From NCBI GenBank assembly GCA_018674305.1, contig JABHAL010000001.1:68635-132634 (forward strand): 64,000 nucleotides of DNA, in the 5' to 3' direction. The DNA comes from Candidatus Falkowbacteria bacterium (GTDB lineage Bacteria > Patescibacteriota > Patescibacteriia > UBA11705 > JABHMO01). Positions 18,369 to 28,547 of the stretch are shown here, piece by piece. The position numbers and the translations under genes are program-made. The notes beneath the pieces were generated by a model. It did not search any database. It was not told the DNA's origin and worked only from the letters and a program-made list of their open reading frames with translations. Within the stretch, counting starts at the first letter, position 1, and each line of letters begins with the position of its first letter.

Positions 18369-19754
18369 TTAACTAAGTTTTTCTGTAAAATATTGTTCGA
18401 GCTTGTCAATTTCTATCCGCTCCTGCTCCATTGAATCCCGATCGCGGACAGTGACTGTATTATCTTTTTCAAGAGTGTCGAAATCAACTGTTATACAATA
18501 TGGAGTACCGATTTCATCTTGCCGACGGTATCTTTTACCAACATTACCGTTATCATCGAATTCGCAAACCCATTTTGTTTTCAGGATATCAAATATTTCT
18601 TTGGCTTTTTCAACAAGCTTTGGTTTGTTTTTCAAAAGGGGAAAAACCGCAACCTTCACAGGCGCTAACTCTTTTTTCAACTTCAGAACCACCCTTTCTT
18701 CATCACCAACCTTCTCTTCAGTATAAGCGTCAGACAAAACGGTAAACAAAGCACGATCTAAACCAGAAGATGTTTCCACCACCCAGGGTGTATATTTTTC
18801 TTTTGTTCGCTGGTCCGTATAACTCAAATCACAACCAGAGAATTTACTATGTTGAGTCAAATCATAATCAGATCTATTGTGAATACCCTCAATTTCACTA
18901 AATCCAAAAGGAAATTCATATTCAATATCCCAAGCCTCTTTGGCATAAAAAACTAAATTTTCATGCTCATGCCAACGCAATTTTTTTTCATTTATTCCCA
19001 GATCATGAACATAAAAATCCCATCGCGCCTGCTTCCACCTTGCATACTCTGCATTAGCTTCCTCAGGTTGAACAAAATACTGCATTTCCATCTGTTGAAA
19101 CTCTCGTGTACGAAAAATAAATTGGCGGGCTGTGATTTCATTTCGAAAAACTTTTCCTACTTGAGCAATTCCAAAGGGAACCTTGACTCGACTGGAATCT
19201 AAAACATTTTTAAAATTAACGTAAATTCCCTGGCAAGTTTCACCACGCAAATAAGTTGGATCTTCATCCAACCTACCAGTAAAGTTGCCTAAATTTGATT
19301 TTACTAAGAGGTTGAAACTTCTAGCATCTGTAAAATCCTTTGATCCACAGCTAGGGCACTTAATCTTATCCTTATTTTCCTTGAATAATTTATTAATCTC
19401 TTCTTCTGACATTTTTTCATCAGCAAAGACATCTATCGCTTCTAATAAATGATCCACTCGAGAACGAGCATGACATTTTTTACATTCTGCCAACGGATCA
19501 GAAAAACCGTTCACATGACCACTGGCTTCCCACACTTTTGGAGACATAAAAATTGCTGAATCTAAGCCGACAATATTTTCTCGGCTTTGGACCATGTTTT
19601 TCCACCAAGCATTTTGAATATTGTTCTTTAATTCAACTCCATATGGACCATAATCATATACAGCGGCCATACCACCATAAATTTCCGATGATGGATAAAC
19701 GAATCCCCGCCTTTTACTAAAACTTATAATTTTCTCTAATGTTTTTTCACTCAT
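18369..19754 (-). CDS. glyQS: Glycine-tRNA ligase (alpha2 type)
   Basis: KRRGFVYPSSEIYGG, YLRGETCQG, FRNEIT..FIFRTREF, YRRQDEIGTP. Confidence 0.96.
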   Translation of the reverse strand: MSEKTLEKIISFSKRRGFVYPSSEIYGGMAAVYDYGPYGVELKNNIQNAWWKNMVQSRENIVGLDSAIFMSPKVWEASGHVNGFSDPLAECKKCHARSRVDHLLEAIDVFADEKMSEEEINKLFKENKDKIKCPSCGSKDFTDARSFNLLVKSNLGNFTGRLDEDPTYLRGETCQGIYVNFKNVLDSSRVKVPFGIAQVGKVFRNEITARQFIFRTREFQQMEMQYFVQPEEANAEYARWKQARWDFYVHDLGINEKKLRWHEHENLVFYAKEAWDIEYEFPFGFSEIEGIHNRSDYDLTQHSKFSGCDLSYTDQRTKEKYTPWVVETSSGLDRALFTVLSDAYTEEKVGDEERVVLKLKKELAPVKVAVFPLLKNKPKLVEKAKEIFDILKTKWVCEFDDNGNVGKRYRRQDEIGTPYCITVDFDTLEKDNTVTVRDRDSMEQERIEIDKLEQYFTEKLS

Positions 19755-19844
19755 ATGAAATAAACAAGCTTTCTTAAAGCCCAAGAAGATAGCTCATGCA
19801 TCTCCTTTCAACTTTATAAACTTGATAAACTTTTCATTACTCAA

Positions 19845-20402
19845 TTAAACTGACATTATTTCTTTTTCTTTATCCTCTGCTAACTCTTGTAATTGCTTAT
19901 TTAATGTCTGAACCTTTTCATCCAGCTCTTTGATATAGGCATATTTATCATCTTCTGTGATTTCGTTGCTCTTCTCACCTGAAATGATTGCCTCTTTTAC
20001 CTTTTCCCGAACTGAACGCACAGCCACTTTGGCTGCTTCTAATTTTTCATTCATACCCCTAACCATCTCTTTACGGTTTTCTTCAGTCATTTGTGGAACG
20101 GTAACTCTCACCAAGGTACTTTCTCCAGACACACCAACACCTAAGTCAGCGTAAGTAATAGCTTTTTCAACTTCTTTTAATAAATTTTTATCCCATGGCT
20201 CAACTGTCATAACCCTAGCCTCTGGAACAGAAATACTTGAAAGCTGATTTATAGGAGTTTTCACCCCATACGCATCAACCAAAATATTTTCAAGCATCGC
20301 TGGATTTGCTCGACCTGCTCGAATTGTCGCTAACTCTTTTTCAAAATGCTCATTTCCTTTTTTAAAATCCCCCTCATGCTGTTCAATGTATTGATTTGAC
20401 AT
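19845..20402 (-). CDS. frr: Ribosome recycling factor
   Basis: IRAGRANP, YGVKTPINQ, PQMTEENRKE, KEKEIM. Confidence 0.96.
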   Translation of the reverse strand: MSNQYIEQHEGDFKKGNEHFEKELATIRAGRANPAMLENILVDAYGVKTPINQLSSISVPEARVMTVEPWDKNLLKEVEKAITYADLGVGVSGESTLVRVTVPQMTEENRKEMVRGMNEKLEAAKVAVRSVREKVKEAIISGEKSNEITEDDKYAYIKELDEKVQTLNKQLQELAEDKEKEIMSV

Positions 20403-20410
20403 ATTTCTTA

Positions 20411-20505
20411 AGCGAGACCAGCGAGATCAGCGAGACCAGTTTAAATTTTTACTCGTCTTGCTTGTTTAACTTGTCTTGCTTGTTTAACTTGTTTTACTTG
20501 TCCTA
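20411..20505. repeat. Inverted 9-bp repeat arrays
   Basis: agcgagacc agcgagatc agcgagacc facing ctcgtcttg cttgtttaa cttgtcttg cttgtttaa cttgtttta cttgtccta. Confidence 0.85.
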
Positions 20506-20510
20506 CTTTC

Positions 20511-21578
20511 TTACTTTTGTTCAACAAACTTAGCACCAACAAAGATGTTAGCTGTTTCCTTGGGATGAACCATTATTTCTCCAGCAACACGAGTAGTTGG
20601 CATTTGTTTAATTACCCAATTTTCTCCACCATCCAATGTTTTGTATATAGCTGAATTAGTACTGTAGTAAATATAATTTTCATTAGTTGGATCAATCTCC
20701 AAAGAATAAATAACTTCTGCACCTGGCGGAGTTACAAGTTTAACTTCAGCCCAAGTTAAGCCTCCATCTAAACTACGCAAGACACCATATTTATTGGCAT
20801 ATAAAATCAAATTTTCCTTACTCTCGGAAACTTCAAAATCATAATACTTTTTTGCTCCACTAAAATCTTTCATAGCCTTATTTAGACCTGTCCAATCATC
20901 ACTATCAATATCTTTTTTATATAAACCTGTTCCACTCACACCGACATAAAGTCGTCGACTATCAAAAGAATCAACCACAATTTTCTTTACTCTGCTCGGA
21001 AACTTTTCTAGCATTTTCCAACTCTGACCACCATCAGAAGTTTGTAAAAAACTACCATCAGACAAACCTGCATAAATAATAGTTGGATTATACCAATCAA
21101 TCTGCAAGGCAGATACTATTTTCTCAGAACTATCAGTGAAATACATTTGTTTCCAATTACGAGCGCAATCTTCGCTCTTGAAAATGTTATTACTGACGGC
21201 CGCGTAAAGAGTGCATTTATCCTTGGTGTTGATCACAATGTCATAAACCAAACCAGCTGGTAATTTCGAAGACTTCATCCAGCCCAATCCCCGATTGTAG
21301 GAATAAAACAAACCATCTCCCCTAGTGGCTGCATACATAGCCTCCTGATCACTTGGATCAAAACGCATAAGATAAATGTCTGTATCAGAAATTGTACCAG
21401 GAGTTTCACCTGGAGTCATTAAATTGCTACGGTTCTTCCATGTTTCGAACCGATCATCAGTCATAAATACACCACCAAGGTTTGATTTTGTTGTTCCTGA
21501 TTTTTTCAATTTAATACAACCTGTAGTGCCAAAAATTAATACACCGACAACTAAAAGTAAAAAAAATTTCCTCCTCAT
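20511..21578 (-). CDS. BNR/Asp-box beta-propeller lipoprotein
   Basis: Lipobox-like TTGC; repeated S.D.G..W motifs (SDGGQSW, SLDGGLTW, TLDGGENW). Confidence 0.8.
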   Translation of the reverse strand: MRRKFFLLLVVGVLIFGTTGCIKLKKSGTTKSNLGGVFMTDDRFETWKNRSNLMTPGETPGTISDTDIYLMRFDPSDQEAMYAATRGDGLFYSYNRGLGWMKSSKLPAGLVYDIVINTKDKCTLYAAVSNNIFKSEDCARNWKQMYFTDSSEKIVSALQIDWYNPTIIYAGLSDGSFLQTSDGGQSWKMLEKFPSRVKKIVVDSFDSRRLYVGVSGTGLYKKDIDSDDWTGLNKAMKDFSGAKKYYDFEVSESKENLILYANKYGVLRSLDGGLTWAEVKLVTPPGAEVIYSLEIDPTNENYIYYSTNSAIYKTLDGGENWVIKQMPTTRVAGEIMVHPKETANIFVGAKFVEQK

Positions 21579-21589
21579 ATTTTTGATTT

Positions 21590-21669
21590 CACGAACCCAC
21601 AAAATCACTAAATCACGAAACCATTACCGTAAATGCATTTTGTGTTTTTGTGTTTTCTGTGTTTTCGTG
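21590..21669. repeat. Inverted 8-bp repeat arrays
   Basis: cacgaacc cacaaaat cactaaat cacgaaac facing attttgtg tttttgtg ttttctgtg ttttcgtg. Confidence 0.8.
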
Positions 21670-21676
21670 TTTTATT

Positions 21677-22720
21677 TTATATGTTTAATAATAAATTCTC
21701 TAATAATAATCGCGGATTTACATTTTGTAATAACAACCTTTTTGCTTGTTCAATTTTTCCTAAAAACCCAGACAATCTTTTTACTGAATATTTATCTCTA
21801 AACTGCTTCAACTCCTGAACTAAAAATTGATTAGTCAATAAATCATCACGATAATTAACTGTCAACAGAACGTCTCGAGTTAAAGCAGATAAGTAGTCAA
21901 GTTTTTTAATTATTTCTTCATTATTTGTCTTTTTACCTACCATCTTTTCAATAAATTGAAAGCGATCAATTATACCCGAACCCAATAGTTGTAATAGTTC
22001 TTTATTAATGAATTGATATTCTGTAAGCTTGTCTTCCTTGTTGAACATTTTCATGGCCATGGTCGGTCTCCCCTGAGCCATGCTCGCCAATTCTTTAGCT
22101 AAATTTCTAGACGCACCCCGGCCCAATAAATAATCATAAATAGATTGCCGTGTAACTGGCAAAAATTTAATAAGTTGAACTCGGGATAAAATCGTAGACA
22201 ACAAAAGATCTTTACTTGGACTGATTAAAATTATAATTGTACGCGGGGTTGGCTCCTCTAGAGTTTTGAGTAAACAATTACTAGCTTCCTGGCTAAGCAA
22301 CTGTGCCTCCGGTATAAGTACAATTTTATAAGAATTCATGAATGAGCGTTTCGCCACTTTACCTAGCAACTCCCTAATTTGCCCAACTGCAATCTGACCC
22401 TTTTTTTTACCAGTCTTTTCATTAATCTCACGTTCCACAATATAAAGATCCGGATAAATTTTTTTGTCAAACTGAACACAGGCAGAGCAAATTCCACATG
22501 GCAAAGCTCCCTTGACCTCTCGTGTCTTCTGATAATGATCATAGTTCTCACACAACAATGACTGAGCAAATTTTTTCGCAGCTGAGGTTTTTCCAACTTT
22601 TGCTGGTCCAAAAAACAAATAAGCATGTGAAATTGATTCATTAACCACATTCCTTTGTAAAAACTGTTTTATTCGCTTATGTCCGATGATTTGCCAGTTG
22701 AAATCTATTTCAGTACTCAT
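21677..22720 (-). CDS. holB: DNA polymerase III delta-prime subunit
   Basis: HAYLFFGP..GKT, PCGICSAC, ASNCLLKTLEEP, TILSR. Confidence 0.9.
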   Translation of the reverse strand: MSTEIDFNWQIIGHKRIKQFLQRNVVNESISHAYLFFGPAKVGKTSAAKKFAQSLLCENYDHYQKTREVKGALPCGICSACVQFDKKIYPDLYIVEREINEKTGKKKGQIAVGQIRELLGKVAKRSFMNSYKIVLIPEAQLLSQEASNCLLKTLEEPTPRTIIILISPSKDLLLSTILSRVQLIKFLPVTRQSIYDYLLGRGASRNLAKELASMAQGRPTMAMKMFNKEDKLTEYQFINKELLQLLGSGIIDRFQFIEKMVGKKTNNEEIIKKLDYLSALTRDVLLTVNYRDDLLTNQFLVQELKQFRDKYSVKRLSGFLGKIEQAKRLLLQNVNPRLLLENLLLNI

Positions 22721-22744
22721 ATAATTATTTTAGCAAAATTCTTT

Positions 22745-23839
22745 TCAATTGCCAATTAAAAGACTTAAAGTTTGCTTTGCACACTGCTGCCAGGAAAACT
22801 GCTCAGCTTGCCGAAGGCCCTTGACCTGCAAAGACTCCTGAACCTCAGGATTTAATAAAACCTGCTCCAATCGAGCAACTATTTCTTCAGATTTTTCCGG
22901 ATTGAACATCAAGGCTGCGGATCCAGCCGCCTCCGGAAGACTAGTCGTATTGGAACAAATAACCGGACAACCGCAGGCCATAGCCTCTATCACCGGGATG
23001 CCAAACCCCTCAAACAAAGAAGGGAAAACAAAAAGATCAGCCCCATTTAACCAACCTGGCAATTCCTTATCAGCAACCCAACCTGGCATAATCACTTCAT
23101 TTTCCAAGTTGTACTTCTTGATATTTGCCTGCACTCGATCAAAGCCAAAAGCTCCCTTTCCTATTAAAACCAACTTATGCTTATTTTCAGGATATTTAGT
23201 TTTGAATTGACCAAAAGCTTCAACCAACCTTGGTGTATTTTTCTTTTCTTCCAATCGTCCAATGAATAAAATATATGGATCTTTAAGTTTTGGAGTTAAA
23301 TTATCAAGCTGTTTGTAGTTTTCATTATCAAAACCATTTAAAACTACCTTAATTTTATCTAAAGAAATTTTATAAAATTCACTAATATCATGCTTTGAAT
23401 ATCGAGACACAGTAATTATCTTATCTGCGAAACGTTTAATGAAACGAATTGTGAGCCTGTGATAAAGTTTATCTGCCCATTTATATAATTCAGGAAAATG
23501 CTCAAAGCCAATATCATGAACAGTTACAACTACACGTTTCGGATTAAACAAAGGAATAGTATGCGCTGGCACAAACAAGACATCAGGTTTTTTTCCGAAT
23601 AACATCTCCCAGGACAATCGACCCAAAGTCCAAAATCGCGGTAAAGGCCATTTTAAAATTTTCTCTTCGAAATTGTCTGGACACTTGGCCAAATCACCCT
23701 TCAATGGTTTGTCTGTATATAAAAAATAGCGGTTCTCCTTATCAATCTTTTTGAACTGTTCAATCAAATGATAAGAATACCACTCTACGCCTGTCTTTTT
23801 ATCTTTATTTGCTCGTGAAGCATCTATCCCTATTATCAT
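22745..23839 (-). CDS. Glycosyltransferase family 4
   Basis: FPSLFEGFGIPVIEAMACG. Confidence 0.92.
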   Translation of the reverse strand: MIIGIDASRANKDKKTGVEWYSYHLIEQFKKIDKENRYFLYTDKPLKGDLAKCPDNFEEKILKWPLPRFWTLGRLSWEMLFGKKPDVLFVPAHTIPLFNPKRVVVTVHDIGFEHFPELYKWADKLYHRLTIRFIKRFADKIITVSRYSKHDISEFYKISLDKIKVVLNGFDNENYKQLDNLTPKLKDPYILFIGRLEEKKNTPRLVEAFGQFKTKYPENKHKLVLIGKGAFGFDRVQANIKKYNLENEVIMPGWVADKELPGWLNGADLFVFPSLFEGFGIPVIEAMACGCPVICSNTTSLPEAAGSAALMFNPEKSEEIVARLEQVLLNPEVQESLQVKGLRQAEQFSWQQCAKQTLSLLIGN

Positions 23840-23845
23840 ACCATT

Positions 23846-23938
23846 ATGCGAATGTGCTAATTATATGCTAATCTACAGATTGCGAATAAATAATAATTAG
23901 CAATTCGCGTTATTTGCATATAATTAGCAAATTCGCAT
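23846..23938. repeat. Inverted 8-10 bp repeat arrays
   Basis: tgcgaat/tgctaat units facing attagca/attcgca units. Confidence 0.8.
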
Positions 23939-23944
23939 CATCTT

Positions 23945-24952
23945 TTACTTCGTTGCTAAAATTGAACGTTTATATAATTCCAAATTGTCTAGAGCGATTC
24001 CGGTTCCCTTGGCAACACACAAAAGAGCATCATCAGCCACGTAAACTGGAACACCTACAGCTCGAGAAATTAATTGGTCAATATCACGGAGTAAACTACT
24101 ACCACCGGACATAATAATACCTTTATCAATAATATCAGCTGACAACTCTGGTGGTGTTTGATGCAAAACTTCCTTGACTGCCTCCACAATTCCCTGTAAA
24201 TCTTTTTGCAAAGCTTCCGTCACATCATTTGAACTAATAGTAATCGTCTTGGGTAATCCCGCAATCATATCTCGACCACGAATATCCAAAACTGCTGGGC
24301 CTTCACTATACATAGCTGAACCAATTTCAATTTTAATATCTTCAGAGGTTCTTTCACCAATGGCCAAATTGTATTTACGACGAATAAACTCAGCAATTGA
24401 AGTGTCAAACTTATTTCCACCAATTCGAACTGAAGCTGAGGCCACCACACCACCCAAAGAAATAACTGCAATCTCAGAAGTTCCACCACCAATGTCAATA
24501 ATCATATGCCCAGAAGCACTACCAATTGGAATATTGGCACCAATAGCTGCAGCAATAGGCTCTTTGATAATATAAGCTGCTCGCGCACCTGCCGCGATAG
24601 TAGCATCAATTACTGCCCTTCTTTCGGTTGAAGTTATACCCGCTGGGACAGCTACCATAACTTCCGGTCGAAATAATTTAATTCCACCCACGGCTTTATT
24701 AATAAAATACCGAAGCATTGCTTCAGTTGTCTTGTAATCAGCGATCACACCATCTTTTAATGGACGGCTAGCAATAATAGTGTCCGGTGTTCTACCAATC
24801 ATTTCTTTAGCTTCATCACCAACTGCCAGAATCTTTTTATCTGTCATGGAAATAGCAACAACAGAGGGTTCGTTAATTACGATTCCCCTCTTTGGTAAAT
24901 GCACTAAAGTATAAGTTGTACCGAGGTCAATTCCAATCTTACGGATAAACAT
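23945..24952 (-). CDS. mreB: Rod shape-determining protein MreB
   Basis: GIDLGT, NEPSVVA, RPLKDGVIAD, DIGGGT, PPELSADI. Confidence 0.96.
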   Translation of the reverse strand: MFIRKIGIDLGTTYTLVHLPKRGIVINEPSVVAISMTDKKILAVGDEAKEMIGRTPDTIIASRPLKDGVIADYKTTEAMLRYFINKAVGGIKLFRPEVMVAVPAGITSTERRAVIDATIAAGARAAYIIKEPIAAAIGANIPIGSASGHMIIDIGGGTSEIAVISLGGVVASASVRIGGNKFDTSIAEFIRRKYNLAIGERTSEDIKIEIGSAMYSEGPAVLDIRGRDMIAGLPKTITISSNDVTEALQKDLQGIVEAVKEVLHQTPPELSADIIDKGIIMSGGSSLLRDIDQLISRAVGVPVYVADDALLCVAKGTGIALDNLELYKRSILATK

Positions 24953-24959
24953 AACATTC

Positions 24960-25059
24960 TTAAACTCTAATCTCCAAATCCTAAACTCTAAACAATATTC
25001 AATTTATAAAATTTAAAATTTAAATTTATCTCGGATTTAGATATTAGGATTTAGGATTT
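24960..25059. repeat. Inverted 7-bp repeat arrays
   Basis: taaactc taatctc caaatcc taaactc facing gatttag atattag gatttag gattta. Confidence 0.8.
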
Positions 25060-25588
25060 AAATCTTCCCCTCTTCTTTATCTTGTTTATATTCTAATAAT
25101 CTATCAGCTTTAATTTTTGATTCTTGCTCAAGAAAATACTTATTCACACCTGGAATCATTTTTAACCATTCAGTAATCAACCGAACAACCTTGCCAATCT
25201 TTACTTTCGCTGACTCCAAAAGTCGTTCAACTGCTCTGGCCGTTTCCTCACCCTTTTGTCTAAATTCAGCTTTACGATTTTCTGGTAATTCCTTATATAA
25301 ATCATCAAGACCTTCTGAAAGTATTTTTTCAATTTGCTGCAGATCTTCACTTTTAAAAGCCTTAACCTCTGACGGCTCATCTTCATTAGTGGGTTGAGCC
25401 GATTGCACAGTTGAAACAGCTGCTGCTTCTGATTCCTGAACTGGAGCAACAGCTTCTGCAGCCTGCTCAGGAGTGTTTTCACTTTCAGTCGGAGTCTCAA
25501 CTACTTGTTGAACTTGAACATCTTCTTGCGGAACTTCTTGTTCTGGCAAAACGCTTTCCTGTGTTGGGGCATTTGTTTTGGTTGTCAT
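25058..25588 (-). CDS. Hypothetical protein with a disordered acidic N-terminus and helical C-terminus
   Basis: IEKILSEGL...WLKMIPGVNKYFLEQESKIKAD. Confidence 0.75.
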   Translation of the reverse strand: MTTKTNAPTQESVLPEQEVPQEDVQVQQVVETPTESENTPEQAAEAVAPVQESEAAAVSTVQSAQPTNEDEPSEVKAFKSEDLQQIEKILSEGLDDLYKELPENRKAEFRQKGEETARAVERLLESAKVKIGKVVRLITEWLKMIPGVNKYFLEQESKIKADRLLEYKQDKEEGKI

Positions 25589-25742
25589 ATATTGTTTTTA
25601 TTTTACTTGTTATAACAAAAAAATCAATGTCTCATTATACACAATCAATTATACTATACTTCATGGGTAAATGCAATCAACAAATTAACACTTTTTAACA
25701 AGATAATCAACCCTAATTTTAGATAAAAACTAGGTCTACATA

Positions 25743-25771
25743 TTGACTTTTTAAAAAATATATGCTATAAT
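25743..25771 (+). promoter_or_regulatory. Sigma70 promoter with extended -10
   Basis: TTGACT-17-TATAAT. Confidence 0.75.
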
Positions 25772-25774
25772 GAT

Positions 25775-26050
25775 ATGAATTTAACAAAGAGGGCTAAAAT
25801 GACGACTGGAAGCATGAACCTAGACACCCTGATTTGCCTTGTTATTTTCTGCGGAGTGATGTTCTTCTTTTATGAGCTGGGCACAAACGTCTTACTGCCC
25901 AAATCGTGGAAGAAAAAACTGGACAAAGCGCTGAAAAAGTTAGGGGGAAATCTGGTAAATGCAACTGGCCACGGAATGTGGTTCGTCATTACCCTCCCCT
26001 TTCGACTTATCGGAGCTATCATCCAGGCCGCCCGCAACCGATCACCTTAA
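25775..26050 (+). CDS. Small membrane protein (true start probably a downstream Met)
   Basis: Hydrophobic segments; own promoter, and terminator at ~26059-26088. Confidence 0.6.
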   Translation: MNLTKRAKMTTGSMNLDTLICLVIFCGVMFFFYELGTNVLLPKSWKKKLDKALKKLGGNLVNATGHGMWFVITLPFRLIGAIIQAARNRSP

Positions 26051-26093
26051 CCTCAACCGCTGCTACTTGAAACCTCAAGTGGCAGCTTTTCTT

Positions 26094-27053
26094 TTAAATG
26101 CTTTTCAAAGCTGCTTTCACCTCTGCCAAGGTTTTAACCTGAACTAGTTTTTGTCTATGTTTAGACGCACCTGGGAAACCTTTAAAATACCAACACAAAT
26201 GTTTACGTAATTCAACCAAACCATGTTCACCTTTGGTTTGATAATTCAACTTGGCGTGCTCCAACGCGATTTTTTTTATTTGTTTTAAATCTGGATGATT
26301 AAATTTACCTTTTTTCAAGTAATCATTAATCTGACTAAAAAGCCACGGTCGACCATAAATACCTCGAGCTAAACCAACACCATCCATGCCAGTCAGCTCC
26401 AACATTTTTTTAGCATCTTCTGGCTCATTAATTCCTCCGTTGCCCAAAACAATTCCTTTGAATTGTTGTTTAGCCAACTTCATCATGTCATAATTAACTT
26501 CACCACTAAAAGCTTTTTCATAAGTTCGGCCATGCAACATTAAAGTGGTCACCGGCAAATCTTTAATCTTATCAATAAAATCTAACACCGTTATTTTTTC
26601 CGAACTGTTTTTTTTATTAATCGAAACTCGAGTTTTTACAGAAACGGGTAACTTGGTTGCTTCACAAACCGCCTGAACTAATTCATAGCACAAGTTTAAA
26701 TCTCGAAGCAAAGTAATACCACCCTCATGTGCAACGACCTTTTTTGCAGGACATCCGAAATTAATATCAACACCATCAAAGCCAGCTTGTTCCACTATTT
26801 CCACTGCCTTAGCAATCAACTCTGGTCGTTTACCAAACAGTTGAACAACCACGGGTGTTTCCTTTTTATTCAAATCCAGCATCTGCATTGTTTTTTTTGA
26901 ATCATAATACAGTGCGTCAATTGAAGTCATTTCAGTATACACAACATCTGCACCATTTTTTCGACAAAGCAAACGACAAGCAGAATCTGTTATTCCCGCT
27001 AAAGGCGCTAAAGCTATAATTGGTTTCTTAAATTTTAGCCAAAAATTACTCAT
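26094..27053 (-). CDS. dusB: tRNA-dihydrouridine synthase (DusB-like)
   Basis: LAPLAG, VQLFG, DINFGCP, HGRT, NGGI, ARG..GRPWLF. Confidence 0.88.
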   Translation of the reverse strand: MSNFWLKFKKPIIALAPLAGITDSACRLLCRKNGADVVYTEMTSIDALYYDSKKTMQMLDLNKKETPVVVQLFGKRPELIAKAVEIVEQAGFDGVDINFGCPAKKVVAHEGGITLLRDLNLCYELVQAVCEATKLPVSVKTRVSINKKNSSEKITVLDFIDKIKDLPVTTLMLHGRTYEKAFSGEVNYDMMKLAKQQFKGIVLGNGGINEPEDAKKMLELTGMDGVGLARGIYGRPWLFSQINDYLKKGKFNHPDLKQIKKIALEHAKLNYQTKGEHGLVELRKHLCWYFKGFPGASKHRQKLVQVKTLAEVKAALKSI

Positions 27054-27146
27054 AAATGTTGCTATATTGTATAAAATGATTTTTTTGATTAAATGGCGAT
27101 AACAATATTACACAAAAAAAGCTGCTTTACATCAAGCAGCTCTTTA

Positions 27147-28523
27147 TTATTTTTTCTTTATTACAGTTGAATCCGCTGCGTCTTCGATCAACCATCCCAG
27201 ATCTTCAATTTCTTTTCTTAAATCGTCAGCCTTGTCCCATTTCTTATCTCGTCTAGCTTGTAAACGTTTATCAATCAAAACTTGAACTTCTGCTGGAATA
27301 TTAACTTCCTCCTTATGTAAATTTTCTAAATTTAAACCGAAGACCTTATCAAAAGCAAGCAAAGTCGCTCGCTTGTCAGCATCTGAACTGTCAGATTTAA
27401 GAACATCCCAAGCAACTGCCAGCGCCTGAGGAATAGATAAATCATTGTCAATATACTCCTTGAACCTATCAAAAACAACCTGATCAACCTGGCCGTCAAC
27501 TTTACCTAAATCCATAAACTTCTTTTTGAATTTATCCCAACCATTTCTAGCATTGGCCAAGGCCTCCCAACTAAAATTTAACTTACTGCGATAATGTGAT
27601 GACAAACAAAAGAATCTATATACTATTGGATCAAAACCTTTATTCTCAATGGTTTGCAGAGTTATAAAATTGCCTTTTGATTTACCCATCCGACCATCAT
27701 TAATTAACAAAAATTCACTATGTAGCCAATAATTAACAAAAGTTTTTCCTGTAGCAGCTTCGCTCTGGGCAATCTCATTAGTATGATGCACAGGAGTAGC
27801 ATCAATCCCACCTGTATGAATATCTAAAGTTTCACCCAAATATTTCATGCTCATAGCGGAACATTCTAAATGCCAACCAGGAAAACCGACACCCCAAGGT
27901 GAATCCCATTCCATCTGGCGCTTTTGTTCCTTTGGCGAAAATTTCCACAACGCAAAATCAGTTGGATTTCTCTTTTCAGAATTAACTTCAACTCGCGCGC
28001 CTTCTTCTTGTCCTTCTAAATTTAACTTGGCCAATTTTCCATATTCCTTGGACTTGCTGGTATCAAAATAAATCCCATCTGATATTTTATAAGTAAATCC
28101 ATTTTTCTCTAACATTTTTACCAGATCTATCATTTCTTGAATATGATCAGTCGCCTTGGCCCAGATTTCCGGTGAAAGAATATTTAATTTAATCAAATCT
28201 TGTTTGAATGCATTTGTATAAAACTCTGCAACCTCACTTGCACTTTTTGATTCTAATCGTGCACTCTTTTCAATTTTATCCTCACCTTCGTCACTATCTC
28301 CGGTCAGATGTCCAACATCTGTAATATTGATAACTTGTTTAACATTAAAATCATTATAAAGTAAAGACCTTTTCAAAATATCAGCAAAAATATAAGACCG
28401 AAGGTTACCAACATGGGCATAATCATAAACAGTTGGTCCACAATTATACATCGTCACCTCTTTTTCGCTAATTGGCTTGAATTCCTCAATTTTACGACTC
28501 ATTGTATTATACAATTTCAACAT
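27147..28523 (-). CDS. cysS: Cysteine-tRNA ligase
   Basis: CGPTVYDYAHVGN, DFALWK, PGWHLECSAM, RMGKS (KMSKS variant). Confidence 0.96.
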   Translation of the reverse strand: MLKLYNTMSRKIEEFKPISEKEVTMYNCGPTVYDYAHVGNLRSYIFADILKRSLLYNDFNVKQVINITDVGHLTGDSDEGEDKIEKSARLESKSASEVAEFYTNAFKQDLIKLNILSPEIWAKATDHIQEMIDLVKMLEKNGFTYKISDGIYFDTSKSKEYGKLAKLNLEGQEEGARVEVNSEKRNPTDFALWKFSPKEQKRQMEWDSPWGVGFPGWHLECSAMSMKYLGETLDIHTGGIDATPVHHTNEIAQSEAATGKTFVNYWLHSEFLLINDGRMGKSKGNFITLQTIENKGFDPIVYRFFCLSSHYRSKLNFSWEALANARNGWDKFKKKFMDLGKVDGQVDQVVFDRFKEYIDNDLSIPQALAVAWDVLKSDSSDADKRATLLAFDKVFGLNLENLHKEEVNIPAEVQVLIDKRLQARRDKKWDKADDLRKEIEDLGWLIEDAADSTVIKKK

Positions 28524-28547
28524 ATAATAAAACTTTATCTTACTTTA

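Noticed and set aside
20411-20505. Repeat arrays as CRISPR
   Set aside because: Units are 7-9 bp with no unique spacers and there are no cas genes
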